Below are positions 29,366 to 39,293 of a DNA stretch of 64,000 bases, one piece after another. Where the stretch lies: the NCBI GenBank assembly GCA_045546315.1, contig JAZQCN010000095.1, positions 39,342 through 103,341 of the forward strand. The letters run 5' to 3'. Both the position numbers and the translations under genes were made by a program. The DNA comes from Clostridia bacterium. Lineage in GTDB: Bacteria; Bacillota; Clostridia; UBA1381; UMGS1253. Under the pieces are notes generated by a model. The model ran no database searches and was not told where the DNA came from. It was given only the letters and a program-made list of their open reading frames with translations. The first letter of the stretch is position 1; the number at the start of each line of letters is the position of its first letter.

Positions 29366-29399
29366 TAAAAACAGCAACTCTTATGAGTTGCTGTTTTTA
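29366..29399. terminator. Bidirectional intrinsic terminator
   Basis: AAAAACAGCAACTC-TTAT-GAGTTGCTGTTTTT. Confidence 0.8.
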
Positions 29400-30833
29400 T
29401 TATTTTATATTCACAAATGTTTTTCCGCCTTTGCCGAACAGAAGCAGCATCGGTGTGTCCTTCACCGGCAAATGATTAAACTGAATGCAACCGAATGCAT
29501 CCTTTTCCATCATATCCTCCGGCAGCTCGTAGATGCTACCGTCAATTAAGTCTGCTAAATAAACCGTGTCGCAGTCGCACACAATCTGCAAAGTGACCGT
29601 TGCCTGGAAATCCGTTGTTAAAACCTCACACGGCTTCCAGTATGCAAATGCATAGCAGCCGTCCTTTTCAAAACTCCCGTATAAAAGGTCAAAAGCGCGT
29701 TCGTCCATACGAAACATCGGCTCATACATCTGCGGCAAAAATACAGCCGGCAGATTTGCGTTCTTCACATTGCCCGAGAACATCGAGGCAATGTTTTGCA
29801 GTACATAGTACGACGGCTTCGGCGCATAGGTGCCGACGGAATTGCCATCCTCGTCAAAATCGGCACGCATAACGCCGAAATGCCCATAATCCAGATACGA
29901 ATTCTTTTCTCTTTTTTTGCCGTTGAGTGCTTCTATCATATCGAGCGCTGTAAAATAGTTGGTAAACTTGCACCCCATCAGAAGGTCGGTTACTAAGTGT
30001 CGCGCCATAATCTTACACTGTGTCTTTGGCGTAGTTGCACGCATTTTTAGTGCACCATACAGGCCATACTCCGACTGAGAACCACCTTCCCCTTGGATAA
30101 TTTCAATATTCGGGTTGTACTGATCCAAAACGGCGCGCAGTGCCGCAATGCGGCTCAGCATCAATGTTTCATCTACAACATAAGCGTGAAAAGAAATCGC
30201 GTCTACCCAATCACCCATACCGGTTTTCATCGCTTCGTTAATAAAACCAACCGGCTCCATACAAATTGCGCCGCCGATGACCTTCGCCTCCGGGTCAGCC
30301 TTTTTAACGGCTTTCGCCGTTGCGATGTTAAACGCGCCAAGCTCTGTTGCGTTTACGCCGTGCTTCCAACACCAAACGCCGTCCGGCTCATTCCATATCT
30401 CATAATCGCCAACTCTACCCTTGAAATGCTCAACCGTTGCACTGACATAATTTGACCAAGCCGTCTTTTGCTCCTCGTTATGTACCGGCGGACAGCCAAC
30501 CGCACCGTAAACCTCTGCGGCATACTCATCGTAGAGCTCATTGCCGTAGCAAAGGCACATCCACGGCTTTAATCCGCGCACAATCAGGTTATCTACGATT
30601 TCATCCAGCCACGCAAAATCATAGACGCCCTTTTCCTTTTCCGTGCGCTGCCAGCCGGACTGAATGCGCACCCATTTCACGCCGATTGCTGCAACCGGGT
30701 CATACGCCTTTTTCGGGTCAAACACATTTCTGTCGAGCTTTTCAAAGCCGATACCGATACGCGATTTTTCAATGTCGGATGCGTGTACCGGTGCAATCTC
30801 AGAAACCTTTTTCAATCTGTACATACAAATCAA
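29400..30833 (-). CDS. Clan GH-A glycoside hydrolase (GH39/GH5-like)
   Basis: GVKWVR, YDFAWLDEIVD, YEIWNEPD acid/base, ISFHAY, QGEGG nucleophile. Confidence 0.8.
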   Translation of the reverse strand: MICMYRLKKVSEIAPVHASDIEKSRIGIGFEKLDRNVFDPKKAYDPVAAIGVKWVRIQSGWQRTEKEKGVYDFAWLDEIVDNLIVRGLKPWMCLCYGNELYDEYAAEVYGAVGCPPVHNEEQKTAWSNYVSATVEHFKGRVGDYEIWNEPDGVWCWKHGVNATELGAFNIATAKAVKKADPEAKVIGGAICMEPVGFINEAMKTGMGDWVDAISFHAYVVDETLMLSRIAALRAVLDQYNPNIEIIQGEGGSQSEYGLYGALKMRATTPKTQCKIMARHLVTDLLMGCKFTNYFTALDMIEALNGKKREKNSYLDYGHFGVMRADFDEDGNSVGTYAPKPSYYVLQNIASMFSGNVKNANLPAVFLPQMYEPMFRMDERAFDLLYGSFEKDGCYAFAYWKPCEVLTTDFQATVTLQIVCDCDTVYLADLIDGSIYELPEDMMEKDAFGCIQFNHLPVKDTPMLLLFGKGGKTFVNIK

Positions 30834-31504
30834 AGTTCCTCTCTTTTATAAATCGTCAGTTCCATTTTCTCCCACGGATAAATGTCTGCCGTAAAGTCAT
30901 CGAGCATGCCCCAGTGCAGCGGCACAACGGTTTTTGCGCCGCACTTTTCTGCAAAGCGCTTTGCATCAACCGCGTTCATATTGTTGCCCATACCGTTGAC
31001 CGGCACAAAAATATAGTCAATCTTTTCCGGCAAATCCGCAAAAATTTCCGTATTGTACAGCGTATCGCCCGTGATATACAGCGTTTTGCCCTCTGCCTCA
31101 ATAAGCACACCGATGGCAGATAAGTCGGAATGCTCCGCCTTTACCGCGGTCAGGCGAATACCATCTGCAAGCGTCCACTCCGTATGGCGGTTAAACAATA
31201 CATAGTTGTGATTGCCGCCGTATTTACGCAGTGCCTGCCAGCCGTCCCACGGCACAAGCACCGTAATCTCCTTTTCCTGCTTTAAAATCGGCTCCACGCT
31301 CTCCGGATCAACATGGTCTAAATGATTATGTGTGCAAACCAGCGCATCAATGTCCATATGCAGATAACTTTCGTCCACCGGCATACGGCGATGCTTCTCA
31401 GAATTTACTTTCCCCACACTGTCGGAAAGGTACGGGTCAATCATAATTTTCTTATCCCCGATTTCAATGAAAAGGCCAGCCTGGCCAAGCCAAGTCATAA
31501 ACAT
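30830..31504 (-). CDS. MBL-fold metallo-hydrolase (UlaG-like lactonase)
   Basis: TWLGQAG, IDPYLSD, THNHLDH, TGDT, PLHWG. Confidence 0.85.
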   Translation of the reverse strand: MFMTWLGQAGLFIEIGDKKIMIDPYLSDSVGKVNSEKHRRMPVDESYLHMDIDALVCTHNHLDHVDPESVEPILKQEKEITVLVPWDGWQALRKYGGNHNYVLFNRHTEWTLADGIRLTAVKAEHSDLSAIGVLIEAEGKTLYITGDTLYNTEIFADLPEKIDYIFVPVNGMGNNMNAVDAKRFAEKCGAKTVVPLHWGMLDDFTADIYPWEKMELTIYKREEL

Positions 31505-31634
31505 AAAAAATCCCCCTTTTTCTTTTTATTTTAGCATCTTCTCTGTTTTGCGTCTACGCATGTTATTACTGTGTTTTTTAGAAATATTACTAAAAAAGCG
31601 GAATCCGGCGGATTCCGCTTTTGTTTTATTGCTC

Positions 31635-32408
31635 TTACTTCAGGAACTGCTTTAAGTAGTCTGCAGACTGCTTCAGGCTCGGTACGAAATCTTCCGGACA
31701 GTTATCCTGCTCTACGCAGTAATACTTTACGCCGCATCTTTCCGCTGTAGCAATAATTTCTGCCCAGTTTAAGTTACCGTTACCGATTTCGGCAATCTTC
31801 GGCTGAACAACCATATTTTCATCGTAGTATACCTGCATATCCTTCAAGTGCAGAATGTCGATTCTGCCCGCAAGCTTTTCAATCCACGCACAAACATCGC
31901 CGCCACCGCGCTGTACCCAGTGTGTGTCCAAAACAAAGCTTGTGTTTACCGGATCAAGTCCCTCAACGAGCATTTCCATTGCTGTTCTGCCGTTGTCGAG
32001 CTTTACAAACTCCTGATGATGGTTATGATATGTAAACTTCATGCCTTCCTTTGCAATGCGCGCAGCGATTTTATTGGCAATCACAATAAAGTCCTCTACA
32101 TCCTTTGCGCAGGTCGGTTTGAAGCCGCCGATACCCATATTGGTTGTGCCGAGCTTTTTATGATTCTCAATCGCACCCTCGATGTCCTTTTTCATCATGT
32201 CGAAATTATCGTGCGTACCAACAATTTCAATGCCTGCATCTGCAGCCATTTCGCGGAACTTGTCATAAGCAAATCCGTAGCAGCCGGCTGTCTGCGCTTC
32301 GCTGTAGCCGAGCTCAGCGAGCTTTTTAAATGTAGCTCTTGCTTCTTCCTCGGTACCAAAGTGCGATCTTACGGTAAACAACTGTAAACCGATTTTCTTC
32401 ATTTCCAT
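31635..32408 (-). CDS. Sugar phosphate isomerase/epimerase (TIM barrel)
   Basis: GLQLFTVR, YHNHHQEF, LDTHW, LHLKD, VEQD. Confidence 0.88.
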   Translation of the reverse strand: MEMKKIGLQLFTVRSHFGTEEEARATFKKLAELGYSEAQTAGCYGFAYDKFREMAADAGIEIVGTHDNFDMMKKDIEGAIENHKKLGTTNMGIGGFKPTCAKDVEDFIVIANKIAARIAKEGMKFTYHNHHQEFVKLDNGRTAMEMLVEGLDPVNTSFVLDTHWVQRGGGDVCAWIEKLAGRIDILHLKDMQVYYDENMVVQPKIAEIGNGNLNWAEIIATAERCGVKYYCVEQDNCPEDFVPSLKQSADYLKQFLK

Positions 32409-32582
32409 ATTTCTCTACCCCTTTTTGAAAAATAGTGTTTATGAGTGTATTGTATCACCTTTTTATGCACATTTCAATAGCAGAATAACGCATTTTTTTG
32501 CACAAAACGCTCATGCTTTTGCGACCGCAGCTTAATTTTCCTCTAAAAAATGCATCCGTACAAATCGCACGGATGCATTTCA

Positions 32583-32936
32583 TTATTCCTTCCAGGCTAC
32601 GAAGCCGTAGCTGTCCAAAATCTGAAAATACTTTGCAAGGCGCTCATACAGCGGATGTGCCGCTTCGCCGAATTTTTCATCGACCAGCTTACCAAGCTCG
32701 ATGATATTTTTCTCTCCATCCAACAGCGGCCAGACAAAACTGCCGGTTTCATCCAAATGCACATAGCTTACGCGCGGCTTTTTAAAAAGCTTTTGCGCTA
32801 TGCGATTAAACAGCCCCGTATTTTCAATTTCCAGCGTAACCTTCCCCTCCGCATCCGTGCTCCAGCCAAGGTGCGCCGGGCGCATAGGGATACGCTCAAG
32901 ATAGTTTTTAGAAATTATATTTTTCTTTTTCTTCAT
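32583..32936 (-). CDS. PqqD family protein downstream of OPT transporter
   Basis: VHLDETGSFVWPLLDGEKNIIELG...ERLAKYFQIL winged-helix/RRE pattern. Confidence 0.8.
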   Translation of the reverse strand: MKKKKNIISKNYLERIPMRPAHLGWSTDAEGKVTLEIENTGLFNRIAQKLFKKPRVSYVHLDETGSFVWPLLDGEKNIIELGKLVDEKFGEAAHPLYERLAKYFQILDSYGFVAWKE

Positions 32937-32939
32937 AGC

Positions 32940-34844
32940 TTACTTACGCTTCTTCCACAGCGAGAACATCAGCACGGTAACAATCGTGATGGCAAACAGC
33001 ACGAGACCGCCGATATTCATAATGGCCGGAGAAAGACCGAGCCTTGCGGAAAGGTCAATCGCTTCGCCTACGCCGAATACGGCGAGAACCGCCAAGAGAA
33101 TGCCAACCAGGCCTTCGCCTGCAATCATACCCGAGCAGAACAGGATGCCGTCGTTGGTGATTGCCTTCTTCTCTTCTTCCGGCTTCTTTAATTTATCCAT
33201 TGCAAGTCTTACAAGACCACCGACCATAATGCAAGCGTTTAACTGTACCGGCAGATATACACCGATGGCAAACGGAAGCACCGGCAGACCGACAAGCTCC
33301 ACAACCACTGCAATACATACACCTACCAAAACGAGCGACCACGGGAGGTTGCCTTCCATAACGCCCTCAATAATCAGCTTCATCAAGGTTGCCTGCGGTG
33401 CTGCAAGCTCGTCGCCGCCGAAGCCCCAAGCCGTATCCAGCAGATACAGCGTGCCGCCGATGGCAAATGCCGCCGCAATAACACCGAGAATTTCACCAAA
33501 CTGCTGCTTCTTTGGTGTTGCACCAAGCAAGAAGCCTGTCTTTAAGTCTTGCGAGGTATCACCTGCAATCGCAGATACGATACAGATAATCGAGCCGATA
33601 GCAATCGCGCTCTGCATACCCTTCGCGCCTGCCATACCCGTAAACTTCAAAATCAAGGTTGTGATAAGCAGCGTTGCAATCGCCATACCGGAAACCGGGT
33701 TGTTACTGCTGCCGACCAAACCAACCATACGCGAGGACACCGTTGCAAAGAAGAAACCAAATACCACAACGATGATTGCGCCAATCAGTGTGACCGGAAT
33801 TGCCGGAACGAGCCAAACGAGAATCGTTAAAATTGCAATTGCAATCAGCACAATCTTCATGCTGATATCCTGCTCTGTGCGCGCGGAGGAACCGCCCTTT
33901 GCGCCTGCAACACTCTTCATTGCGCCGGCAAAGGTTTTCACAATCAGCGGCAAAGATTTAATCAGACTGATAATACCGCCTGCTGCGAGTGCACCTGCAC
34001 CGATATAACGCACATAGGTACCCCAAAGCGCACCTGCACCACCCTCGGCAAACAATGTGCCGATTGGCGCTGTACCCGGCGCAAGCGTTGTGTCTGCGCC
34101 AAAGAGCATCATCAGCGGAATGATAACCATCCAGGAAAGCACACCGCCTGCAAACATATACGAAGAAATTCTTGCACCGCAAATGTAACCAACACTCATA
34201 ACCGCCGGATAAATCTGCGTACCGATTGTGCCGGCGAAGCCCTTAAATGTATAGGAAATTTCACCTGCAACCAGCTTTAAGCCATCGATAATAAACTTAA
34301 ACAGTGCAGCAAAGCCCATACCTGCAAATACGGTAGAAGCCTTTGCGCCGCCTTCCTCGCCTGCCAAAAGCACCTCTGCGCAAGCTGTGCCCTCCGGATA
34401 CGGCAGAACACCGTGCTCCTTTACGATGAGTGCATTTCTTAAAGGCACAATAAAGAATACGCCCAAAAGACCGCCCAAAAGCGCAATCAGTGTAATACTG
34501 ATTATATCCGGCTTGTCCATTACGCCTTCCTTCGCCCACAAAAACAGCGCCGGCAATGTGAAAATCGCACCTGCTGCAAGCGACTCACCTGCAGAACCAA
34601 TCGTCTGCACAACATTACTTTCGAGAATTGAATTTTTGCGCATAATCACGCGAATGACACCCATTGCGATTACGGCTGCCGGAATCGAGGCAGACACCGT
34701 CATACCGACTCTTAAGCCCAGATACGCATTGGCTGCGCCGAAAATTACGGAAAGCAGAATACCCATAATAATGGAAGTGACCGTGATTTCCGGGGTAATC
34801 TTCTCTGCCGGAATATACGGCTTGAAGTTTTCGTTGTTGTTCAT
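32940..34844 (-). CDS. OPT family oligopeptide transporter
   Basis: ANAYLGLRVGMTVSASIPAAV, LPYPEGTACAEVL, GSSNNPVSG, SQDLKTG, APQA. Confidence 0.94.
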   Translation of the reverse strand: MNNNENFKPYIPAEKITPEITVTSIIMGILLSVIFGAANAYLGLRVGMTVSASIPAAVIAMGVIRVIMRKNSILESNVVQTIGSAGESLAAGAIFTLPALFLWAKEGVMDKPDIISITLIALLGGLLGVFFIVPLRNALIVKEHGVLPYPEGTACAEVLLAGEEGGAKASTVFAGMGFAALFKFIIDGLKLVAGEISYTFKGFAGTIGTQIYPAVMSVGYICGARISSYMFAGGVLSWMVIIPLMMLFGADTTLAPGTAPIGTLFAEGGAGALWGTYVRYIGAGALAAGGIISLIKSLPLIVKTFAGAMKSVAGAKGGSSARTEQDISMKIVLIAIAILTILVWLVPAIPVTLIGAIIVVVFGFFFATVSSRMVGLVGSSNNPVSGMAIATLLITTLILKFTGMAGAKGMQSAIAIGSIICIVSAIAGDTSQDLKTGFLLGATPKKQQFGEILGVIAAAFAIGGTLYLLDTAWGFGGDELAAPQATLMKLIIEGVMEGNLPWSLVLVGVCIAVVVELVGLPVLPFAIGVYLPVQLNACIMVGGLVRLAMDKLKKPEEEKKAITNDGILFCSGMIAGEGLVGILLAVLAVFGVGEAIDLSARLGLSPAIMNIGGLVLFAITIVTVLMFSLWKKRK

Positions 34845-34924
34845 AAGCTACTCCGTTCCGCCGCAGGTCTGCGGCTGTTTTTTATCTTAATTATTTTACC
34901 ATATAAAAAGGCTTTTGTGAATCC

Positions 34925-36370
34925 TTATTTGCATTTCTTTAAAATTTCTTTCACCAGCGCAAAGGTTTCCGCCGTTGAGGAAATGCTGAGGCGCTCTTTT
35001 ATCGTATGCACATCGAAAAGCGCAGGTCCGATTGCGATGCAGTCGAGTCCCGGAATCTTCGATGCAAACACACCGCACTCCAGTCCGGCGTGGATGGCTT
35101 CTACCTTCGCCTCACCGCCGCACAAATCCTTGTAGCACGCTTTATAGTGCTCGCGCAGCACTGAATCTGCCTTAAACTCCCAGGACGGGTAGTGCCCGTC
35201 GGTTTTTGTGCTGCAGCCAAAGGTCTTTGCCAGCGCAAACAACCGCTTTTCCAAAAAGTCAAGCGCCGTCTGCTTATTGGAGCGCAAGGTAAAGAGCAGC
35301 TCTACGGCATCGCTCTGCGTTTTAAGAATACCAAGGTTTAACGAGGTTTCCACAAGCCCCTCGATGCTGACGCTCATATCCATCACACCGCACGGTGCAC
35401 ACAAAAGAAGCTGCGAAAGCTTATCACTGTCCGCCTGCGGTAAAACATCAAATTCACCCATCTCGCCTACGCTTACCGTTAAGGAAGCGTTTGGCTCACG
35501 GTCGATGATTTCCTTTTGAATCATGTCCATGCTGTATTGCAGCTTCTGCGCGAACACCTGCGCATTTTCCACAACAAGCTCTGCGCTGCACGCAAGCGGA
35601 ATCGCATTGCCCTTGTCGCCGCCATTTACGCCGATGAGCCTGAAATCGCCTACGGCCCTTGCCTCGTGCAGGATTCTGCCCATCAGCATATCTGCATTGA
35701 CTCTGCCCTTGTGGATTTCGATGCCCGAATGTCCGCCCTGCAAACCGGCGATGCGCAATGTGATGTGTGTTCCGCGCACGCGAATCGGCGTATAGGCAAG
35801 CGTCATCAAAAAGTTGCTGCCGCCTGCACACGATACCGTCACCGTGCCCGGTTCTTCCGCGTCCATATTGATCATCCTTTTGCCGGACAAAAGCTTTGCA
35901 TCTAATGCCATCGCACCGTACATACCGGTTTCTTCATCCGTGGTAAACAGCGCTTCAATCGGCGGATGTGCAATATCGTCGCTTGCCAGAATTGCAAGCG
36001 CCATTGCAACCGCAATGCCGTTGTCTGCACCCAGGCTCGTCCCTTCAGCGGTCACAAAATCGCCGTCTACATACGGACGGATACCATCGTTTTCAAAATC
36101 GATATTACAATCCTCTGTCTTTTGGCATACCATATCCAGATGCCCCTGCAAAATCACAGGCGCCGATGCCTCGTAGCCCGCAGTGCCGTTTTTGTATATC
36201 ACGACATTGTTTGCCGCATCGCGCACCGCGCGCAAGCCATGCCTTTTTGCAAAATCCAAACAATACCGGCTGATTTGCTCCATATTGCCGGAGCCGCGCG
36301 GAACAGAGCAAATTTCTTCAAAATATTCAAATACGCGCTTCGGTTCAAGCGCGGATAAATTTTTCATCAT
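34925..36370 (-). CDS. pepD: Aminoacyl-histidine dipeptidase (M20C)
   Basis: LQGHLDMVC, LGADNGI, TDEETG, GGHSG, IHAGLECG. Confidence 0.92.
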   Translation of the reverse strand: MMKNLSALEPKRVFEYFEEICSVPRGSGNMEQISRYCLDFAKRHGLRAVRDAANNVVIYKNGTAGYEASAPVILQGHLDMVCQKTEDCNIDFENDGIRPYVDGDFVTAEGTSLGADNGIAVAMALAILASDDIAHPPIEALFTTDEETGMYGAMALDAKLLSGKRMINMDAEEPGTVTVSCAGGSNFLMTLAYTPIRVRGTHITLRIAGLQGGHSGIEIHKGRVNADMLMGRILHEARAVGDFRLIGVNGGDKGNAIPLACSAELVVENAQVFAQKLQYSMDMIQKEIIDREPNASLTVSVGEMGEFDVLPQADSDKLSQLLLCAPCGVMDMSVSIEGLVETSLNLGILKTQSDAVELLFTLRSNKQTALDFLEKRLFALAKTFGCSTKTDGHYPSWEFKADSVLREHYKACYKDLCGGEAKVEAIHAGLECGVFASKIPGLDCIAIGPALFDVHTIKERLSISSTAETFALVKEILKKCK

Positions 36371-36468
36371 TTCTCGCCTCCGTTGTTAGTATAACCTTAC
36401 TTTTCTATTATAATGGATTTTTGTTAAAAAAGCAACAAAAAAGGATGCCCAGGCATCCTTTTTAAAAA

Positions 36469-37836
36469 CTATTGCTGTTCTCTTAATCGCTTCATCGCCC
36501 GCGGCTTGATAATCGCAAGCGTAATTAAATGACATACAATTACAAATATCCACGAAATCGGCCACGCAATAAACAATGCCCACTCCTCACGGAAATACGG
36601 AAGCACAAACAATACCCACATCATGCGCACACCGCAGGTGCCGATAAAGCTGGTAATCGCAGGTATCGTCGAAGAACCGAGGCCGCGGATGGCGCCCATT
36701 AAGCACTCCATTGCGCCCACCAAAAAATACGGTGCCGTCGTCATCCAAAGACGGAGCACACCAATTTCGATTGCCTCCGGCGAGTCGGTGATATAAATAC
36801 CCAAAAGCGGCCGCGCAAACAGCACGCACAAGCCGCCAAGCACAAGACCTGCAGCCACCGCACAAATGAGCGGGATGTAGATAAACTTATTGATGCGCTT
36901 TTCATCCTTGGCGCCGTAGTTTTGGCTTACACCGGTTAAAACCGCCTGATAAAAGGCGTTCATCGACACATAGACAAAGCCTTCAATATTACCGCCTGCC
37001 GTCGAGCCCGCAATCGTCACCGGACCGAAGGAGTTTACGCCCGCCTGCACCACCGTGTTCGACAGTGCAAAAAACGAAGACTGCACGCCTGCCGGCAAGC
37101 CGACGCGCAGGATTTCCTGCAAAGCTTTTTTATAAATCTTAAGCGAGCGGATGTCTAAGCGATACGCGCCCTCCGAGCGCATCAGTGTAAATAAAACTGC
37201 CACCGCAGATAAGTAGTTTGCCGCAATCGTTCCTATCGCAACACCGGCAACATCCATATGAAAACCGATAACCAAAATCAGGTTCAGCACCACATTCACC
37301 AAGCCGGTCACCGCCAAAATGTAAAGCGGTCTTTTCGTATCACCAATGGCGCGCAGAATGGAAGCACCAAAGTTATAAATAAGCGATGCCGGAACGCCGA
37401 CAAAAATAATGCGCATATATAAAACTGCGCCCTCCAGCACGGCGCCCTCCGGCGTGCCCATCAAAACCAGCAGCGGGCGCGCAAACACGAAGCCCACAAT
37501 ACCGGCAAACACACCGACAATTACGGAAAGCAGCATCGCCGTATGTACCGTTTCATGCATACTTTTCACATCTCTTGCACCAAATGCACGCGAAACCGCA
37601 ACACTGGCACCAAGCGAAAAACCGATAAACACATTAACCAGCAAGCCGGAAACCGAGCCGGTTGCACCGACGGCAGCCATTGCATTCGAGCCGGCAAAGC
37701 GGCTAACTACAATCAAATCCGCCGCATTGTACAAAAGCTGCAGCACGCTCGCCAAAATCAGCGGAATCGCAAACAAAAGCACATTTTTCAAAACCGAGCC
37801 GGCACACATATTCAATTCATACTTTCGATTTTCCAT
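36469..37836 (-). CDS. MATE family efflux transporter
   Basis: LQLLYNAADLIVV, ILRAIGDTKRP, about 12 TM. Confidence 0.92.
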   Translation of the reverse strand: MENRKYELNMCAGSVLKNVLLFAIPLILASVLQLLYNAADLIVVSRFAGSNAMAAVGATGSVSGLLVNVFIGFSLGASVAVSRAFGARDVKSMHETVHTAMLLSVIVGVFAGIVGFVFARPLLVLMGTPEGAVLEGAVLYMRIIFVGVPASLIYNFGASILRAIGDTKRPLYILAVTGLVNVVLNLILVIGFHMDVAGVAIGTIAANYLSAVAVLFTLMRSEGAYRLDIRSLKIYKKALQEILRVGLPAGVQSSFFALSNTVVQAGVNSFGPVTIAGSTAGGNIEGFVYVSMNAFYQAVLTGVSQNYGAKDEKRINKFIYIPLICAVAAGLVLGGLCVLFARPLLGIYITDSPEAIEIGVLRLWMTTAPYFLVGAMECLMGAIRGLGSSTIPAITSFIGTCGVRMMWVLFVLPYFREEWALFIAWPISWIFVIVCHLITLAIIKPRAMKRLREQQ

Positions 37837-37980
37837 CTTTCCGCCTCCCGAGCTACAGCATTCACGGACATTGTAGCACAGTCAATCTTGTTTTTCAATA
37901 CTTTACAACAAATTTACTTTTCTGTACGATTTCGGTAAAGATCTTTTTTGCTCGTAACATGTGACGCCCAACGCCGTTTT

Positions 37981-39237
37981 TTACTTTATATCAATATCTA
38001 TATAATGCGCATCCAACTTGGAATACACGATTTTTTGACTCTTGTATAGACTGAAGCTGCCCGACATCATATAGCTGATGGCACATATCAGTGCAAAAAT
38101 TAAAATATTTTCGCTGCCGAACACTTCCAAAGCAAGCATCGTCGATGCAAGCGGACAGTTGACCACGCCGCAAAATACCGCCACAAACCCAATCGCCGCG
38201 GCAAAGCCTGCATCCATTCCCAAAAGCGAGCCTGCAAGGCAACCGAAGGTCGAACCGATAAAGAATGCCGGCACAATTTCGCCGCCCTTAAAGCCGGCAG
38301 CAATGGTAATCGCGGTAAAGACAATCTTTAAAAGAAACGCCTCCCAATTTACCGCACCGCCGATGGCGCGCGTAATCACATCCATACCTGCGCCGTTATA
38401 GTCTCTTGTGCCGACAAGCAATGTCAACAATACAATCACTACCGCGCCGACAAATGCGCGCAGATACTTGTTTTTGAATAGCTTTTCCATGCTGTGCTCA
38501 CAGTAGTGAATTGCCGTGCAAAACAATATGCTGACTAAAGCGCAGAGCACGGCAATAACGACAATTTTACCGAGTAAAAGCGCATCAATATTTGCAAGCA
38601 CAACCCCGTCAAAATGCACAGGCGAAAGCCCGAACAAGCCGGCAATGCCAAAAGCGACCATCGCCGAAATTACACACGGCACAAGCGCCGCATAGTGCAT
38701 TACGCCGACACAAACTACCTCTAAGGCAAAAACCGCCGCTGTCAGCGGTGTGCCAAACAATGCCGCAAACACCGCACTCATACCCGCCATTACGATGATG
38801 TGCATATCATTTTGATTTAAGCGAAGCACCTTGCCGATATTGTAGCCGATGCTGCCGCCGAGCTGCAGCGCTGCACCCTCGCGCCCCGCAGAGCCACCAA
38901 GCAAATGTGTCAGCACTGTGCTTACAAAAATCAGCGGCGCCATTACAAGCGGTACCTTTTCCTCGCTTGCAACCGCCTCCAAAACGCGGTTGGTGTCGAG
39001 CTTTCCCTTTTTCTTAAAAATACCGTAAATCGCAGCAATCACCAAGCCGCCGACCGGCAACAAATACAGAATCCAGCTATGCTCTGTGCGCAGCTCGGTT
39101 ACATAATCAATTGCAATGTGAAACACGCTGCCGATACAGCCACCGATGCCGCCGACCACAGCCGCAACAAAAATCCACTTAATAAATGTTTTTAAATATT
39201 CCCATGAAAATTTCAAATTGGTTTTAAATATTCCCAC
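37981..39237 (-). CDS. ClC chloride channel/transporter family protein
   Basis: GGSAGREGAALQ, FGTPL, GFKGGEIVP. Confidence 0.9.
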   Translation of the reverse strand: MGIFKTNLKFSWEYLKTFIKWIFVAAVVGGIGGCIGSVFHIAIDYVTELRTEHSWILYLLPVGGLVIAAIYGIFKKKGKLDTNRVLEAVASEEKVPLVMAPLIFVSTVLTHLLGGSAGREGAALQLGGSIGYNIGKVLRLNQNDMHIIVMAGMSAVFAALFGTPLTAAVFALEVVCVGVMHYAALVPCVISAMVAFGIAGLFGLSPVHFDGVVLANIDALLLGKIVVIAVLCALVSILFCTAIHYCEHSMEKLFKNKYLRAFVGAVVIVLLTLLVGTRDYNGAGMDVITRAIGGAVNWEAFLLKIVFTAITIAAGFKGGEIVPAFFIGSTFGCLAGSLLGMDAGFAAAIGFVAVFCGVVNCPLASTMLALEVFGSENILIFALICAISYMMSGSFSLYKSQKIVYSKLDAHYIDIDIK

Positions 39238-39293
39238 GGTTGTTCCCTTCCTTCAAAGAAAAACCGAACACCGGACCGGTGTTCGGTTTTGAA

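Noticed and set aside
32986-34008. 340-aa plus-strand ORF
   Set aside because: Shadow of the hydrophobic OPT gene.
39189-39237. Short direct repeat TTTTAAATATTCCCA at the ClC start
   Set aside because: Only two AT-rich copies, with no supporting function.
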